Origin: Cycas panzhihuaensis
Lineage: Eukaryota; Plantae; Cycadophyta
NCBI GenBank assembly: GCA_023213395.1
Contig: CM041465.1
Coordinates: 231,577,741 to 231,641,740 of the forward strand
Reading direction: 5' to 3'
Length of the DNA stretch: 64,000 nt
In this document: piece by piece, positions 12,600 to 25,314 of the stretch
Layout: each line of letters begins with the position of its first letter
Numbering within the stretch: the stretch's first letter is position 1
Position numbers and translations under genes: made by a program
Notes under the pieces: model-generated
Told to the model about the DNA's origin: nothing
What the model saw: the letters and a program-made list of their open reading frames with translations, nothing else
The model's database searches: none

Positions 12600-14449
12600 A
12601 TTTCAAAACAAGAAGCTCTTTTCACCCAAAATTGCTAGCAGGACTCTATTGGAGAATGGTAGTATGAAGAACTTAGGCTTTGACATACTAGTTTTTCCCC
12701 TAGACCTTTGGTCTAAGCCACATCCAACTCCTTACAATCTTGGTTGGGTTTGGAAGAATGGTCCTCAAACGAGAGTTGATAGGGAGTGCCATTTTGTATT
12801 CACAATAGACCTATTCATCAATATGGTCACTTGCATTGGCTCCCTTATCGATTATTGTGATCTACTATGTAGCAAGTCATATTAGTATGATTGACATGCA
12901 CAATATGATAGCTACGCCAACACCTATTGCTTGTAGAAAGATCATAGAACATTTTGGCTTCAATTGACTACCATACCAACTATTGCATAGCCAACTATGC
13001 TTACTATCCTAGAGCCTTCACTTTGGCTACATAGTTGATTTACGTACAACAACAACATCTTCAATCTCCTTGCCATCCTCCACAAGTCTATCACCAACCT
13101 TGTCCAATTTTAGGGCTTTGCCACATGTATAAGCAATTGTCGCTACCATTATTGTTGTTGCTTATGTGGCACTTTTGTGCCTTGTAGCCCCAATTCTATC
13201 GCTAGTGCAACCACACTAGCAGGAACAATGTTTGCTTCAATAGTAGACCATGGCACCTTCAAGGCATACAATGTTTTCTACTCCACTACTCATGCCACCG
13301 GTCTTTGCAGGTGTACCAACTTAGCTTCAAACATCATTGCCTACCTCTCTGGCACTGACTCCACGGATGCTCATTTTTTGGCAAGATTAGCCACCTTGGC
13401 TTATGGTTGGGATGACAGTAATTGTTTCCTTGGTTTGTTATCAGATGGCCACTTCGGTTACAACGACGATATGTTGTGAGTCCCTTTCACATTTAGACAA
13501 TTTGGGGGTAGTTTCGTATTGAGTGGAGAGGAGATCCATGCCTCCCAAATGGATATAAAAAGTTGGGAACAATTTTTACTTAAGTTGGGAGGAATTGATG
13601 AGCTCACATAAACTCTCATTCACTCATCCATGCAATATAAATGGAAATATCTACTTTTGATCTATTTTGACCTTAAGTCACTTGAGGCACAAAAATGGCT
13701 GAAGTTGAGTTAGTTTATAGTTAACTGTATTTTCTGTTTTGAAATTGGGTTTACTTAAGTTATAAAAGTGACTCGAGTCAAGTTAGTGTATAGTAAGTTA
13801 GTTTTGTATTTTGAGGTTCAATTCACTTGAAGTTATAAAAATGATGTAAGTTAGCGTGTAATTTAGTTAGTTCATAGGCTTATTACAAAAGCATAACTTA
13901 TTTTCTATTTTGGGTAGATGTTTAGCATTCTATTTTGAGTAGATTCCATTTCAATTTTGTAACCACCACTTAATTCATGATGCCTCAAGCATTTTGAAAA
14001 AGGAGAAGGGAGCCTTCTATTGTAGACGATGAATTCTTGGAGTTAATACAAAAGCTATATTTTTCCCCATATAATATCTTAAAGTCTCTTCTTTGTTATT
14101 TTGGTATGCTTATTTTTGTCTGGGTTAGTTTCGATCCATATCGGATCCACTTGTACCTTCACATAGTCTATTCGACACTCAAGAGGAGGACAAACTCCCC
14201 AAGGAATCTAAGACAATCCTAGAATGCCTCAGGAATGCATCAAGAATGTTTGTAGCATAAAGGGATGGGTCTAAGAATAGTTCAGCCCTAAGTTTCCCAT
14301 GAGAATTTTATTTTTAGTTCTTGCCTTTTTTACCTTATTCCTTTGTTGCTATACTGTCATATTCCTCCTTCATACTTTGCATCGTTATAGATTGCATAAC
14401 TCCCCCTTTTGGTGACATATCATGTTGGAGTATGCATCAAACTACATCA
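12600..14449 (+). mobile_element. Internally deleted CRM-like Ty3/Gypsy remnant: protease-region fragment, PPT and 3' LTR (13596-~14449)
   Basis: ORF 12649-12885 KPHPTPYNLGWV...CDLL resembles the CRM-type retropepsin region. GGGAGGAAT PPT then TGATG...CATCA termini. No RT or INT in between. Confidence 0.5.
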
Positions 14450-14811
14450 AATAGCCACAGGATACCGAGTTCAAAAGCATATAAAAGGTGATCATCATGC
14501 TATCAAATTCTTGGACTTTAGAGTCCAAATACGAAATGACAAAATCTCACTCAAGGTGATTATCAAATGCTAACAAGTGTCAACCTTTGCGATGGTAGCC
14601 ACTACTTTCTATAGTCTTTGATTATATCTCTAGAACATTTTATCAAATACATGGTGCACCTATGACAAACCTCTTGTACTCTTCTTCAAAAAGGGCTTCT
14701 CACCAAATATCCAAATTTGGTTCTAGATAATAGTTTTTTCTTTTGTAGTTCTTCAATAACAAATGTGAATGTTCTGCTTTATCTGCAAAGATCTCTGAGA
14801 CAATTGAGTTA

Positions 14812-15424
14812 TGTTGAGAAAACCTAGTCTAACTAACCAAAACCAACCACCAAGGTCTAACTATTTTGCAACAATAACAAGGATTTGAAATTGTAATAAA
14901 TGCAAGTCTCTAAAACTAGAGATTATTCAACATACACAAGAAAACACATTACTTACTACACAGATTATAACATGGTAAAACCCTAGTAGAGTGTTAGGAA
15001 AACATCCACATAGGAAAGGTATCGATCTTTATTAGTCAGGAATGAAAGATTATACATACAATCTCCGTAGAATTTCCATAGCAACAACAACCAACAACCA
15101 CACCTTCGTAATGCGATGCAATTACCCTAAAAATGGGTTAGAAGAAAGGCATATCAATCGTAGCCATTGGATCTAAGTCTTTTTGATGAACGACCTAGAT
15201 TCCCTTTACAATTTGCTATGTTTTGAGTCTTAGCTTTTTGCTTCGGGGGTTATCGCCCCCGAACCCCCACTTGCGGGGGGTGTTCCACACCCCTCCACAC
15301 CCCCCTTAGCCAACGGGGGTTGCCGCCCCCTTGGATCCCCTCGAGGAAAGATTGGTGGGGAAACCGCGTCAATAAAGATCCCAAAAATTAAAGCCTTCTC
15401 ATAATTGTTGTCACATATCTAACA
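14812..15424. mobile_element. Solo LTR (613 bp) with perfect TSD, containing a GC-rich hairpin cluster
   Basis: TGTTGAG...TCTAACA flanked by AGTTA (14807-14811) and AGTTA (15425-15429). Confidence 0.85.
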
Positions 15425-17484
15425 AGTTAGTGGACCCAAACTATTAAAATTGTTACATGTTATATTTTTAGGCGCCACATGCATATGTATTTATGAGCTC
15501 GTTCAATCAGTATTCTCATAAATAGAATATGCCATGAATTCATATTTAACATCGACACCCAATATGAAGGTAGTAAGTGGGACATTTACTTCACACACAC
15601 TTCTTAAACATCTATAATATTCGATATCCAAAACCATATGTTGTTTGTATTGTTCATGCGAAGGTACCACTAGTTGCGTTTGGCAAAATAGTAGTTAAAA
15701 TAGGTTGAAAAATAGCTTAAAAGAAGCTTAAAAATAGATCTTAAGTTCTTTTTGCAACTTTAGCACCTTAGTTCATGTGACCACTCACTTGAATGATAAA
15801 GGGGGTAGACTTTATCAACTTATTAAAAATGATTAATTAAACCAAATTTTAGAAAATTGAATTTTAGGGAAATATTTCTATTGTCATATGAAATTTATTG
15901 TGTTTACAATTTCTTCATTGTTGCCTTTTGCAATGTTGTGTTTCTCTTATGCGTTGTTGTGTTTTCAATTTATTCATTGTTGCCTTTTGTAATGACATGT
16001 TTCTTTTATGTGTTGGTGCATAAGGGTCACTGTTGGATCTCCCTTTGCCAGTGTAGTTGCAATGTCCACAACACTCCTCACAAATCCACACTTGATCAAT
16101 GCCTTTCCAACCTATCATTTCACACATGATGAACAATAGACCATCCCCTTTTGCCACCAATAAATTCTTGTTATCATTGCCTATTGTGATTGATGAACTT
16201 TAGTCATGGAAATAGAGGTAAGGCTTGTGACATTGCCATCTTAATAGCCATGGAGATCACAAGGATAGCTTGCGAGATCACAGTCGTTGCTCTTAAGCTA
16301 TTGGAGAGCTCGAAGTTGTTGCATTTGGATCCTTCTACATTGCAATTCTCCTTGCTGCTTTTTTATCCTTACCATTCCTCATTGCCACTGTATTCTATTC
16401 TACCCTTCTTTGGCATTGCTTTGTGTGAGATTGGTCTCTTGTCTAGCATAGCACATAATTGCTACATCTTCTTTGAATGCTCTAGAAATCATCATGTCAA
16501 CTGTTGTTGACCTTAGTGAGATATAAGACAATGCTCTGCCTATAACACCCCTTTAATTTGATGATGGTATTTTGAGAGTGCTAGTACAATATTAATGACT
16601 ATACGCCTATTCATATTTTGGACCTAGGCTACTCATGTTTAGACATGCATATACATAACATCACTCATGGTACCGAAAATCATTGGAATCTCTTTGGGGG
16701 GTTTTTCCCTTGATTATATCTGTCACCTTCTGGAAAGTCAAGTCCAAAAGACCATTGATGTTCACTCATGAATTAGAAATTGGCCACAATAGATGCCATT
16801 GATCTAATGTAATTCAACAACTATCAAACGACTACCAAAAACTTGAATGCAAGCTGTCATACTCTAGTCTTCATGCAACAACTTCTTCATTCATTCATCT
16901 CCATTTTTCTTCTACTTGTCCAAATCCAAAATATCTATAATAGGCATGGACCAAAAAATTAACCAACTCTACAAATTGAAGGCAAGAATATGATGGCTGT
17001 GCATATGCATATAAGCTAATATCTATTGTTATGGCCTTCCAAACAGAAAATGTATATACCTAGTATTATGCAATGTGGGAGCCAGTGTTGCCCTAACCCA
17101 AATGGTGATTAATTTACCATTCTCCATGATCAAACGAACATATGACACTCACATGAACAAGTACAGGCTTCTTGTAGCTTTTATACCATGTTAGAAAATT
17201 AGGGTTGATATCATGTTCGATGAATATCAAATGCATAAAAGATAGATGAATACAATTTTCTATGTTCTTCTATATTTATTATTATTGAATATGAAAATGT
17301 ACGTATATATAGAGATGTTTACCTCATATGGGACCGATGAGAAGTTGTGATAAGTACACGAAGATTTGTGAGCTTTAATCACACATATTAAGAATACTCA
17401 CATATTAAGAGTATTCACCTATATACTCACCTATGAGAAACGATTATGTTCACCTATAATTAAACATTATCTCCAACAAAAAAA

Positions 17485-18329
17485 TTGTGATGCTTTTCAT
17501 GTATCATACCTGAAGCAGCTACTCTAGAAGCATATACCAATGTAGGATGAAATTTCGATTTTGGATGGAGGAGGCAGGTTGGTATTGAGACCAAAAATCA
17601 TTTTGGATTCTTGAGAAACGCAACCAAGATGATCAAATAATATTTACTCAAATGGAACTAGTTGTAGTGGAAGATGTGTCATGTGAAGGAGAACCCCTTT
17701 TACACTACTATCCATTCCTCAAAGAGTGCATGCTTTGAAGGGAAAGTATGTTTTTTTGAAGGAGGTATTTGTAACAAATCATTTTGAACACCTTGGTTTG
17801 TGTGCAAGGCAAGTCAACCATAGCTTGCCAAGGTTAGCCTACGTAGTTTCCTAGTATCGAAAGGGTATAAATACCCCTATAGGGTAAATATTTTAATCAT
17901 CACTTATTGGGAGTCTTGGTTGTGGTCTCCTTTGGAGTTTTGTTTTTTTTTTAGAGTGGGCATATCTCAAGCAAAGCAAGAGCATCTTGTGTAGGAATAG
18001 TTGTGTTCAAAAACTCTCGTCTGTGTAGTGGTGTTTATGATACTTGGCTATTATTGTTGCGATATCCTTGATCTCTTAAATGTATAGTGATTTTCATGAT
18101 ATTTGGCTCTTATTGTTTTTGTGTTTTTGTTCTAATATATAATGGAAGGTTTTCTTTTTTGCGTGTGTTTGGAGATAGGTATCCATATCCTGGTGGGCAC
18201 AAAATATGATCTAGGTACATATCTTGACCATATTTGGATGCCTGTGCATTTGGTATGCACAAGATAAGATAAGGTAGGCCCAAAGGTTGCATTAGGTACC
18301 TTATGCTACCATCCATTCCATTGGTTACA
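17485..18329 (+). mobile_element. 3' end of a chromovirus-type Ty3/Gypsy (integrase tail/chromodomain remnant, PPT, 3' LTR 17770-18329)
   Basis: DAFHVSYLKQ motif at ~17489; GAAGGAGG PPT followed by TGTAAC...GTTACA. Confidence 0.65.
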
Positions 18330-20949
18330 TCTCTAGTGGAAGGAGTCTAGTTATAGCATGGTTTGAAGTGTTTCATTTGCACATGCTATTTTTGATTATG
18401 AATTATTGAATGATTACTCGTGGCTTTTTTGAAGCTTCCCCAACCTTTTCTATTGGATATTATCTCTACTTGAATCTTACCCATATATGATGTAACTGGG
18501 ATTATTGGTATGTTAAATAAAATAACTTTTTGTTTGTTGTCCCAAAGTTTGATATTCTTGGCAAAGCTATTTTCCACTCTGCTCCTATCCTTCTAGTTCT
18601 AGATGCATCTTGTCATTTGAGAGATGTTGTTGGTGCATTCTCTTTCTAGATATTTGTCATAGGATGGAAAATTAATCCTTAATAATTAAAACTCTTCCAA
18701 AAGCTAGAAGAGGGAAGTTAAAATCATTGGAAGTCAATGGTTAAGAGCCTTAAGGTTAAGACTCAAAAAGGTGATGCATAGCTATTAAGAGGATCTATGG
18801 AATTAAGTAATGAAGTTGATTATTAAAAGTTGTGCATAGGAGGTGGCTTCTTACTTGTCAATTAAGAGCCTAGTTTCCCTCAAAAGATTCATTCTAAGAC
18901 TTGACTTCTACTATATAACTGCATAGTGAGCAAGGCAAATCATCATGCCATCACGTGAGCAAGGAGAGGTTGTTGGTGTAAAAAATTAGAAGTGGAGCCA
19001 GGCCATTACAACATAACTTCATCAAAGTTCTTCTGTTATTCTTCATCAATGGAAGATGGAATTAGAGTTTACAGAAGGAGGGTCAAGGTACCCTTCATAA
19101 CCTTGTAATTCTTCTTGTTTCTTTATGACAAATAGAGGATGAAGACCTGAATTTTATTTTAAAATTTTTGTGTGAAATTGAAGATGAATATTAAATTTTA
19201 TTTTTTCAGTTTCTGAGGTCAAGTGGACCTCACACCATTGTGCTACATATGTATGTATTTATCACAGCTAAATGATTGATAATAGGACAGTATGGCTTGT
19301 AGGAAAGTGGTGTAGGGCCCATAGGGTTGTACAATGCATGTTTTGGCATATGGCCTCCATATGACTATTAGTCCCCTTGGTGAAGCTGATTTTTGAAGGT
19401 CTTTGGAATTGGCCCTCACAAGTGACTATATAGTCCTATAACTCTAGAACCATATGGACGTGGCATGTGCAAGTCGTATGGATGACAATGGAACCTACCC
19501 AGTCTAAGAAAATTCTAAGTGCAAATTTGAATTTTGGAATGTTTTTATGAGTAAAGTAAGTCAGAGAAACATTGGAAATTGCCCTTTCAAACCCTGTTGC
19601 TACAAATAGCAATTAATAAAGGGGAAAATGCAATAAATAATTGGGGTTGATAGTAGAAAGCAATTTTTGTGTATTTTTGTTTAAATTGTAGAAAATCCTT
19701 CAAGGAATGATGATCATGCATTATGAATGTATGGAGAAAGGTAATGTGCATATGTCATGCTATTCTCATGATTTATTTCTATGATGTTTAAGTATTTTTA
19801 GTGTCTATGATTGCACCAAGTAAAACCATGTCTAAGATTGCATCGAGTAAAGCCAAGAAAGGGAATTCTGTTCTATGCATGATAGTTTCATGGTCATTCA
19901 TAGTAAAAGCATTTTGTATGCATTCATTGAAATGAAAACCTATTGTGCTTGTCAATATGATATAGTCATGAAATTATTGTATGGATATTGATGATTGTCA
20001 AACGATTGCATGCACTTATGGACCTTGTTGTAAAACAAAGGTAGGTCATTTGTATGCATTCTATAGAACCCGTTATGCATGAGGAAAGAATAGCTTGTGG
20101 AATACTATCATGCACGTTGAGGAAATTGATTTTATTGCAAGCCTTGTTGATGAACTTTAAGAAGGAATTTTCTTTCATGGTGTGGGTGGGATTCTTATGA
20201 CATGTTTCTTAGTCACTAAATTAAAACCCACATCTAAAATCTAAACCAATGGCTTGTAAAACCTAGCTATGCATTATCCTCTTGCATGTGTTACTTGAGG
20301 AGAATTGTTGCCCTTGGTCATGGGAGGAGAACCTCTTAAGGAGGCTTGATGACAATCAATGTTCTGATTGCCCTCTTAAGGAGGTTGAATGACGAGTGGG
20401 CCATGGTACTTTGGTGCATATGGTCTCTTGCATGTTTGTGTTAAGAGATGGGTATAACTTTATGCATCACTATGCCTAAGGAAACCACACAAGGAAGGAA
20501 ATGAGAAAATAACTTGTGCAGATACAACCATGAAACTAAGATGCTTGTGTCCTTGGGTCCACACCTATTGGCCCTTTTGACTATAAGATCTGTAGTAGTG
20601 TTGGCTTGTCTTATGTCGACTATAAGATCTTAGTAATTGCATCTTTGAGATAGGGGTCTCTAAACCAAATAACTAATTGTCCCTCTCAAGGTGATTATCT
20701 AATCATCACCTATAAGAGAAAGGTGCCCCCTCCTAAGAGGGAGTGATCACCCCTTTGTGGGGGAATATAATCTAGTGCTGCTAAGGAGGATGGGCAATTG
20801 TGTGTGGTGATCTTGTGCCTAAAAGGAGTCTTGGGTACCGTTCCTATGTTTGGTGTGTGGGAGCACCACCATAGAAATATGCATTGTAGAGGGTGGTTGT
20901 GCAAGGCACGGTTTTAGCCTAGGGTTAGGGGTAATGTGTATGGGAACAC

Positions 20950-23048
20950 TATGGTGAGCTTTTACCACATGTTAGAGAGGGTTATGACCCTCCATCATAT
21001 GAGGATTTAGGGATTGGTTGACATAAAGGTAGGAATATAATAACGCAGAGGTGAGTGTTATATATGCCCCACTCTATTGTAAAGAGATATATGATATGAT
21101 ATGATGTTATGTTAATGAATGTTCTTCGGAACCCTACCTCCTTCCATTCCTCTTCATATTTCTCTATCTTGAATGATTATAGGGTTAGACCCATAACAAG
21201 TAGTATGAGAGCTATTTCCGATACATACAAGAGCTAGGCATCCATTTTGTTATAAGTACCAAAATAGGGCTAATTATTTTTTAAAGGGTTTTTGGCATGT
21301 GAAAGTTCTACTCGTTGGGAGCACAAACGAAAGATTTTGAGACGAAAATGTCTGTTTCATAATAGAGATTTTGAGACGAAAATGCCTGTTTCATAAATTT
21401 TGAGTGGTCATAATGCTGGTTTTGGTGAAAAGTTGCAAAAACTACAGTTGATTTAATTTTGGCCTACTTTTCATCACCATATTTTTGGGATAGATATGCT
21501 ATCTCAACTTCAAAGAGCTGTAAATTTAACTACAAGTATCCAAATGACCTCATTTTTTAAATTTTTTATTGTATACATTTTTGAATTTACTTTCCAATGG
21601 AATTAGTTTGAGTTTGATTGAAGTTCAGAGCAGAAAGTTATTAGCATTTCACTAGTAGGTACTGTTGCAGTCCTTAGAAATCCTAGTAGTGAATTTTTTA
21701 AAAAGGTCATAACTTTTGATTCATATATTAGAATTCGATTCTGTTTGAACCATTGGAATTGTATTTTAGAGGCTGTCATGTTCATCTATATGTTGTGAAT
21801 TTTTGAGCTATATTGTTTTTAAGAGATAAAATTTTGAAGTTAAAGGTTTCATATTATGTTTTTTTTGGCTATTCAAATTTTTGTCACAAAACCATCACTC
21901 TTGAGGCCTAATATTTATTTTTGTATTAAAATATGGGGATAATAGGCTATAGCCACCCCCTAATCTCTCTCCTAAATCCACATTATCATGGCTACAGAAA
22001 GGCCCATACCTCGAACATTTAATGTCGATAGGACTATTTCTGTAGAAGACTGGGTCAATGATATGTATGCATATTTAGAATCACTTGATAATAACTACAA
22101 TACCATAGAGATGGTTAAAGTAGCCTCGTTGTATCTACAAAAAGAGACTTACCTTTGGTTTAAGGAGTGGTATCGCACAACTGGTTCATTAAATATGTTT
22201 TCTTGACTAAGAAAAGGTCTTTGTTATAAATATAATGATTCTTGGTGGCAAAAAATGTAAAGGCTTGAGCAAGATAAACAAGAAGCTTGTCAAATACTTG
22301 AGAAGTACAATCGTAGGGTGGGACAAGGAATTCTCTCCACTTTACAAAGTCGAGAACGAAAGAAAGATGATGAGGATGAAAAGAAATGTCAAGAGCAAGT
22401 AGCAGAAGCTGTTTAGCATTCCACACCTCCAGTTATAGCCAAAGAAAAGGAAGAGCATCATTCATCAAAAGTTGAAAGATCTACCAAAGTGGGACTTTAT
22501 TGACATCCATATTATCAGGAGACTCAGCGTCGAAGCACACATCATACAAAGCCTTCACAAACTAAATACTCTGGGCATGTACATCATTCAAGCTTGAGGT
22601 TTCAAGGTCACAGAGATTCTAGGCATATCGAGATCTATTTGGGATGGATAGATCTCCATTTTATGTGCAGATTTTCGGATAACTTTCGATGGATCTATCA
22701 ATTCGACACTAGTGGTTGAAGGTGGTCATGTGCATTTATATATTAGGATGCTTTGAGGGCAAAACATCTAAGAGGAGAGGGCATGTGGTGAGCCTTCACC
22801 ATATGTTAGAGAGGGTTATGACCCTCCATCATATGAGGATTTAGGGTATTGGTTGACATAAGGTAGGAATATAATAATGTAGGGGTGAGTGTTATATATA
22901 CCCCACTCTATTGTAAAGAGATATATGATATGATATGATGTTATGTTAGTGAATGTTCTTCGTAACCTAACCTTCTTCTTTATCTTATTTCTTCCATTTC
23001 TCTTCATATTTCTCTATCTTGAATGGTTACAGGGTTAGACCTGTAACA
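20950..23048 (+). mobile_element. Small non-autonomous LTR element retaining only a gag fragment (TR-GAG/LARD-like, Gypsy-derived)
   Basis: Direct repeats 20950-21198 and 22784-23048. Degenerate PBS TAGTATGAGAGC (21201-21212). PPT AGAGGAGAGGG (22771-22781). Gag-like ORF 21988-22206 (EDWVNDMYAYL...VKVASLYLQKETYLWF). No pol. Confidence 0.85.
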
Positions 23049-23979
23049 AATGTCTTATGGCTGTTTGCATCCCACAATGACTTTTCATTCTAGACCTATT
23101 CAAGAACTTACCCTCCTTTTAAGTAAGCTCTACTAAACCTAATGTATTGTTGGTTCTTCAGAATAAGGAAGGTGAGGTTCATGATAGTATTTGTAGTTCT
23201 TGACTATCTCTAATTCTGTGCCTGAGTATAGGATGCTTATTCCTGGGCTCCCTCTAGAGGAGGTAACTCTAATTTTGGTTTTTTCTGTGTTCATTAAGAG
23301 GTTTGTTAGGTTGCATAAATCAAGTATTGTGACATGTTACTAGAGAATATGTATTGTGCATGTTGATAATATTATAGCATCTGCATACAAAAACAATTTG
23401 ATGATGTGCTTGGTAAGCTTGCTAGTCAAAGCTGCTCTTCCTTCATGTGTGTTTCCATGGTTCAACATTGTGTATATACCAAAGAGGGTTCGATAGAAAG
23501 GGTAGCCTTTCCTTACCCTCTATGTTCTTTGCGAATGCCTTGAACAATTCTCGTTGTGTTATGAGTATTCTACTTTTCTTTTGTATAGCTTGTATACTAC
23601 TACTATATATTTCAATGCAATCTTGATTTCTTCTATCATTTGCTACAATCTCTGTGTTGGGACTAGGTATAACACTCTCTGAAAGTCTATGAAGCAACAA
23701 GACAACTTTTCTTCTTGGCTATGAGTGTTTTCTGGTATTACTCAGAGTGTGAGAAAGGGGTCATTTGTTGATGAGACTAGTTTGACCTCTTCTTGTTCTA
23801 CTACCCAGATTCCATGCATCTCTGCCCACTTCTTGGCATTTTCTCTTTAATATGTTGCTAATAAGCTTGACCACGAGTGGTATTACCACTATTATTTGGC
23901 ATTTTGCATGCAGGTTTTAATATCCACCTTTGTGAATTGAATTTTAGGTTGGTGGTTTGATCATTTGGTAGGTAGAGGC

Positions 23980-24074
23980 TGTTAGAATATAATGTCTATT
24001 CCTTTTGTATATTAATGACACGTGTCATTATGCTATGTATCGGTTACACAGTAGTTTCAGAGGGTTATTAACCC

Positions 24075-24133
<59 letters not shown>

Positions 24134-24195
24134 TCTTATACTCTGAATAAGATTATCAAGTATTCTTCATCTGCCATTATAGCTTCAATCCTACA
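23980..24195 (+). repeat. 5' LTR (216 bp) of Copia 23980-29612
   Basis: TGTTAG...CCTACA, followed by the PBS. Confidence 0.95.
24081..24132. repeat. (TA)26 microsatellite inside the 5' LTR
   Basis: Direct count; the 3' LTR has (TA)5 at 29540-29549. Confidence 0.95.
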
Positions 24196-25314
24196 TGGTA
24201 TCAGAGTAAGGTTGGGTCTAGATCTTGTCTGGAGAAGCATTTCCATACGACTATACAGACAGGTTCGTACACCAGTATGGTCAATTTTTTCTTTTCCTCA
24301 GAATTTGATGAAATTTCACGTAGAGGGGCGACTCGACCTGCTCTTCACTTCTCTCCAAAGGACCGAACTCAAATTTTATCATTTTGATGCCCTAAAGACT
24401 GCTTGAAGTTGTACGGGTACCATTGGAGTTTTTTGCTTGTTTCTCACTGTACGAACGTCTATATCAGGAAAACTTAGTATCAATAGAAACCCCTCGGCAT
24501 AAGCTTTCCGTTGATATATGGCTCGATGTCCTTCTCCTTCAGATTCGGAAAAAATCAACAAAATCATGAAAAAACCCTAGCTGCCCATTAGAGTTTCGTC
24601 TGCCTTTTTCTCCTCACTGAGAGGTCCATTCAAAAAAATAGTTGCAGATTGGGAATCTACGCATCAAGGTCGTCCTTTTGACACCTCTTTCTGAGCATTT
24701 TGAGAAAGTTGATTTTTTTGACTCATTTATTGCACAGTACCACCACCGTCTGTTGTCGTGATAATTTTTTATCTCAAGAAAGCACTCAAAAAACCTCGTT
24801 GTTGTATTTTCTTGTTTTGACTGAGTATTCTTGTCTCTTTTATTTCTTAAAAAATATATATATTAAAAAGGGAGATATATTTGTTGCACTTGTCTTCTTC
24901 TTCTCCCATGGGTAGATAACATTGCTTGGCAGCTACCCGTTCCTAGCCTTAGAGACGTTGTTTTGGGGGTCTATAAAAATCGCGTTGGATCTGTCGTTCT
25001 TGGCTAAGCACATTGGGAGTTTGGAACCATCGTGTGAAATTAGGGGAACCGAAAGGACCCAATACCCAGGCCTCAGACATAACTTGCTCATGGATTTGAG
25101 CCTCCACATACCGAAAGGTATATACGAAGACCCTATAGGACCTTGAGCCCAACCTAGATTAGGGAGCCCGACTAACCGTTGAAGCCTTGTAGTGAAGTGG
25201 TTAGCGGTTAGCGCCATGAAGCTACCTATCTCAAATCTCCATTGGAGGTTTATCGACAGGCCTACGAGTCCAGGTAATCTCGTGTCTAGACTTGATAGAA
25301 CTACTCACCTTGTC

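Noticed and set aside
16150-17100. Possible Copia gag/protease remnant (ILDLGYS near 16615)
   Set aside because: Single weak motif with no supporting boundaries.
18330-20949. Long LTR-like non-coding stretch with short local duplications
   Set aside because: No termini, TSD or second copy could be defined in the window.
23200-23440. Possible RNase H-like remnant (DVLGKLAS)
   Set aside because: Too degenerate to support without a profile search.
24005-24406. 133-aa ORF with a YIYIYI run
   Set aside because: Translation of the (TA)n microsatellite and LTR/PBS sequence.
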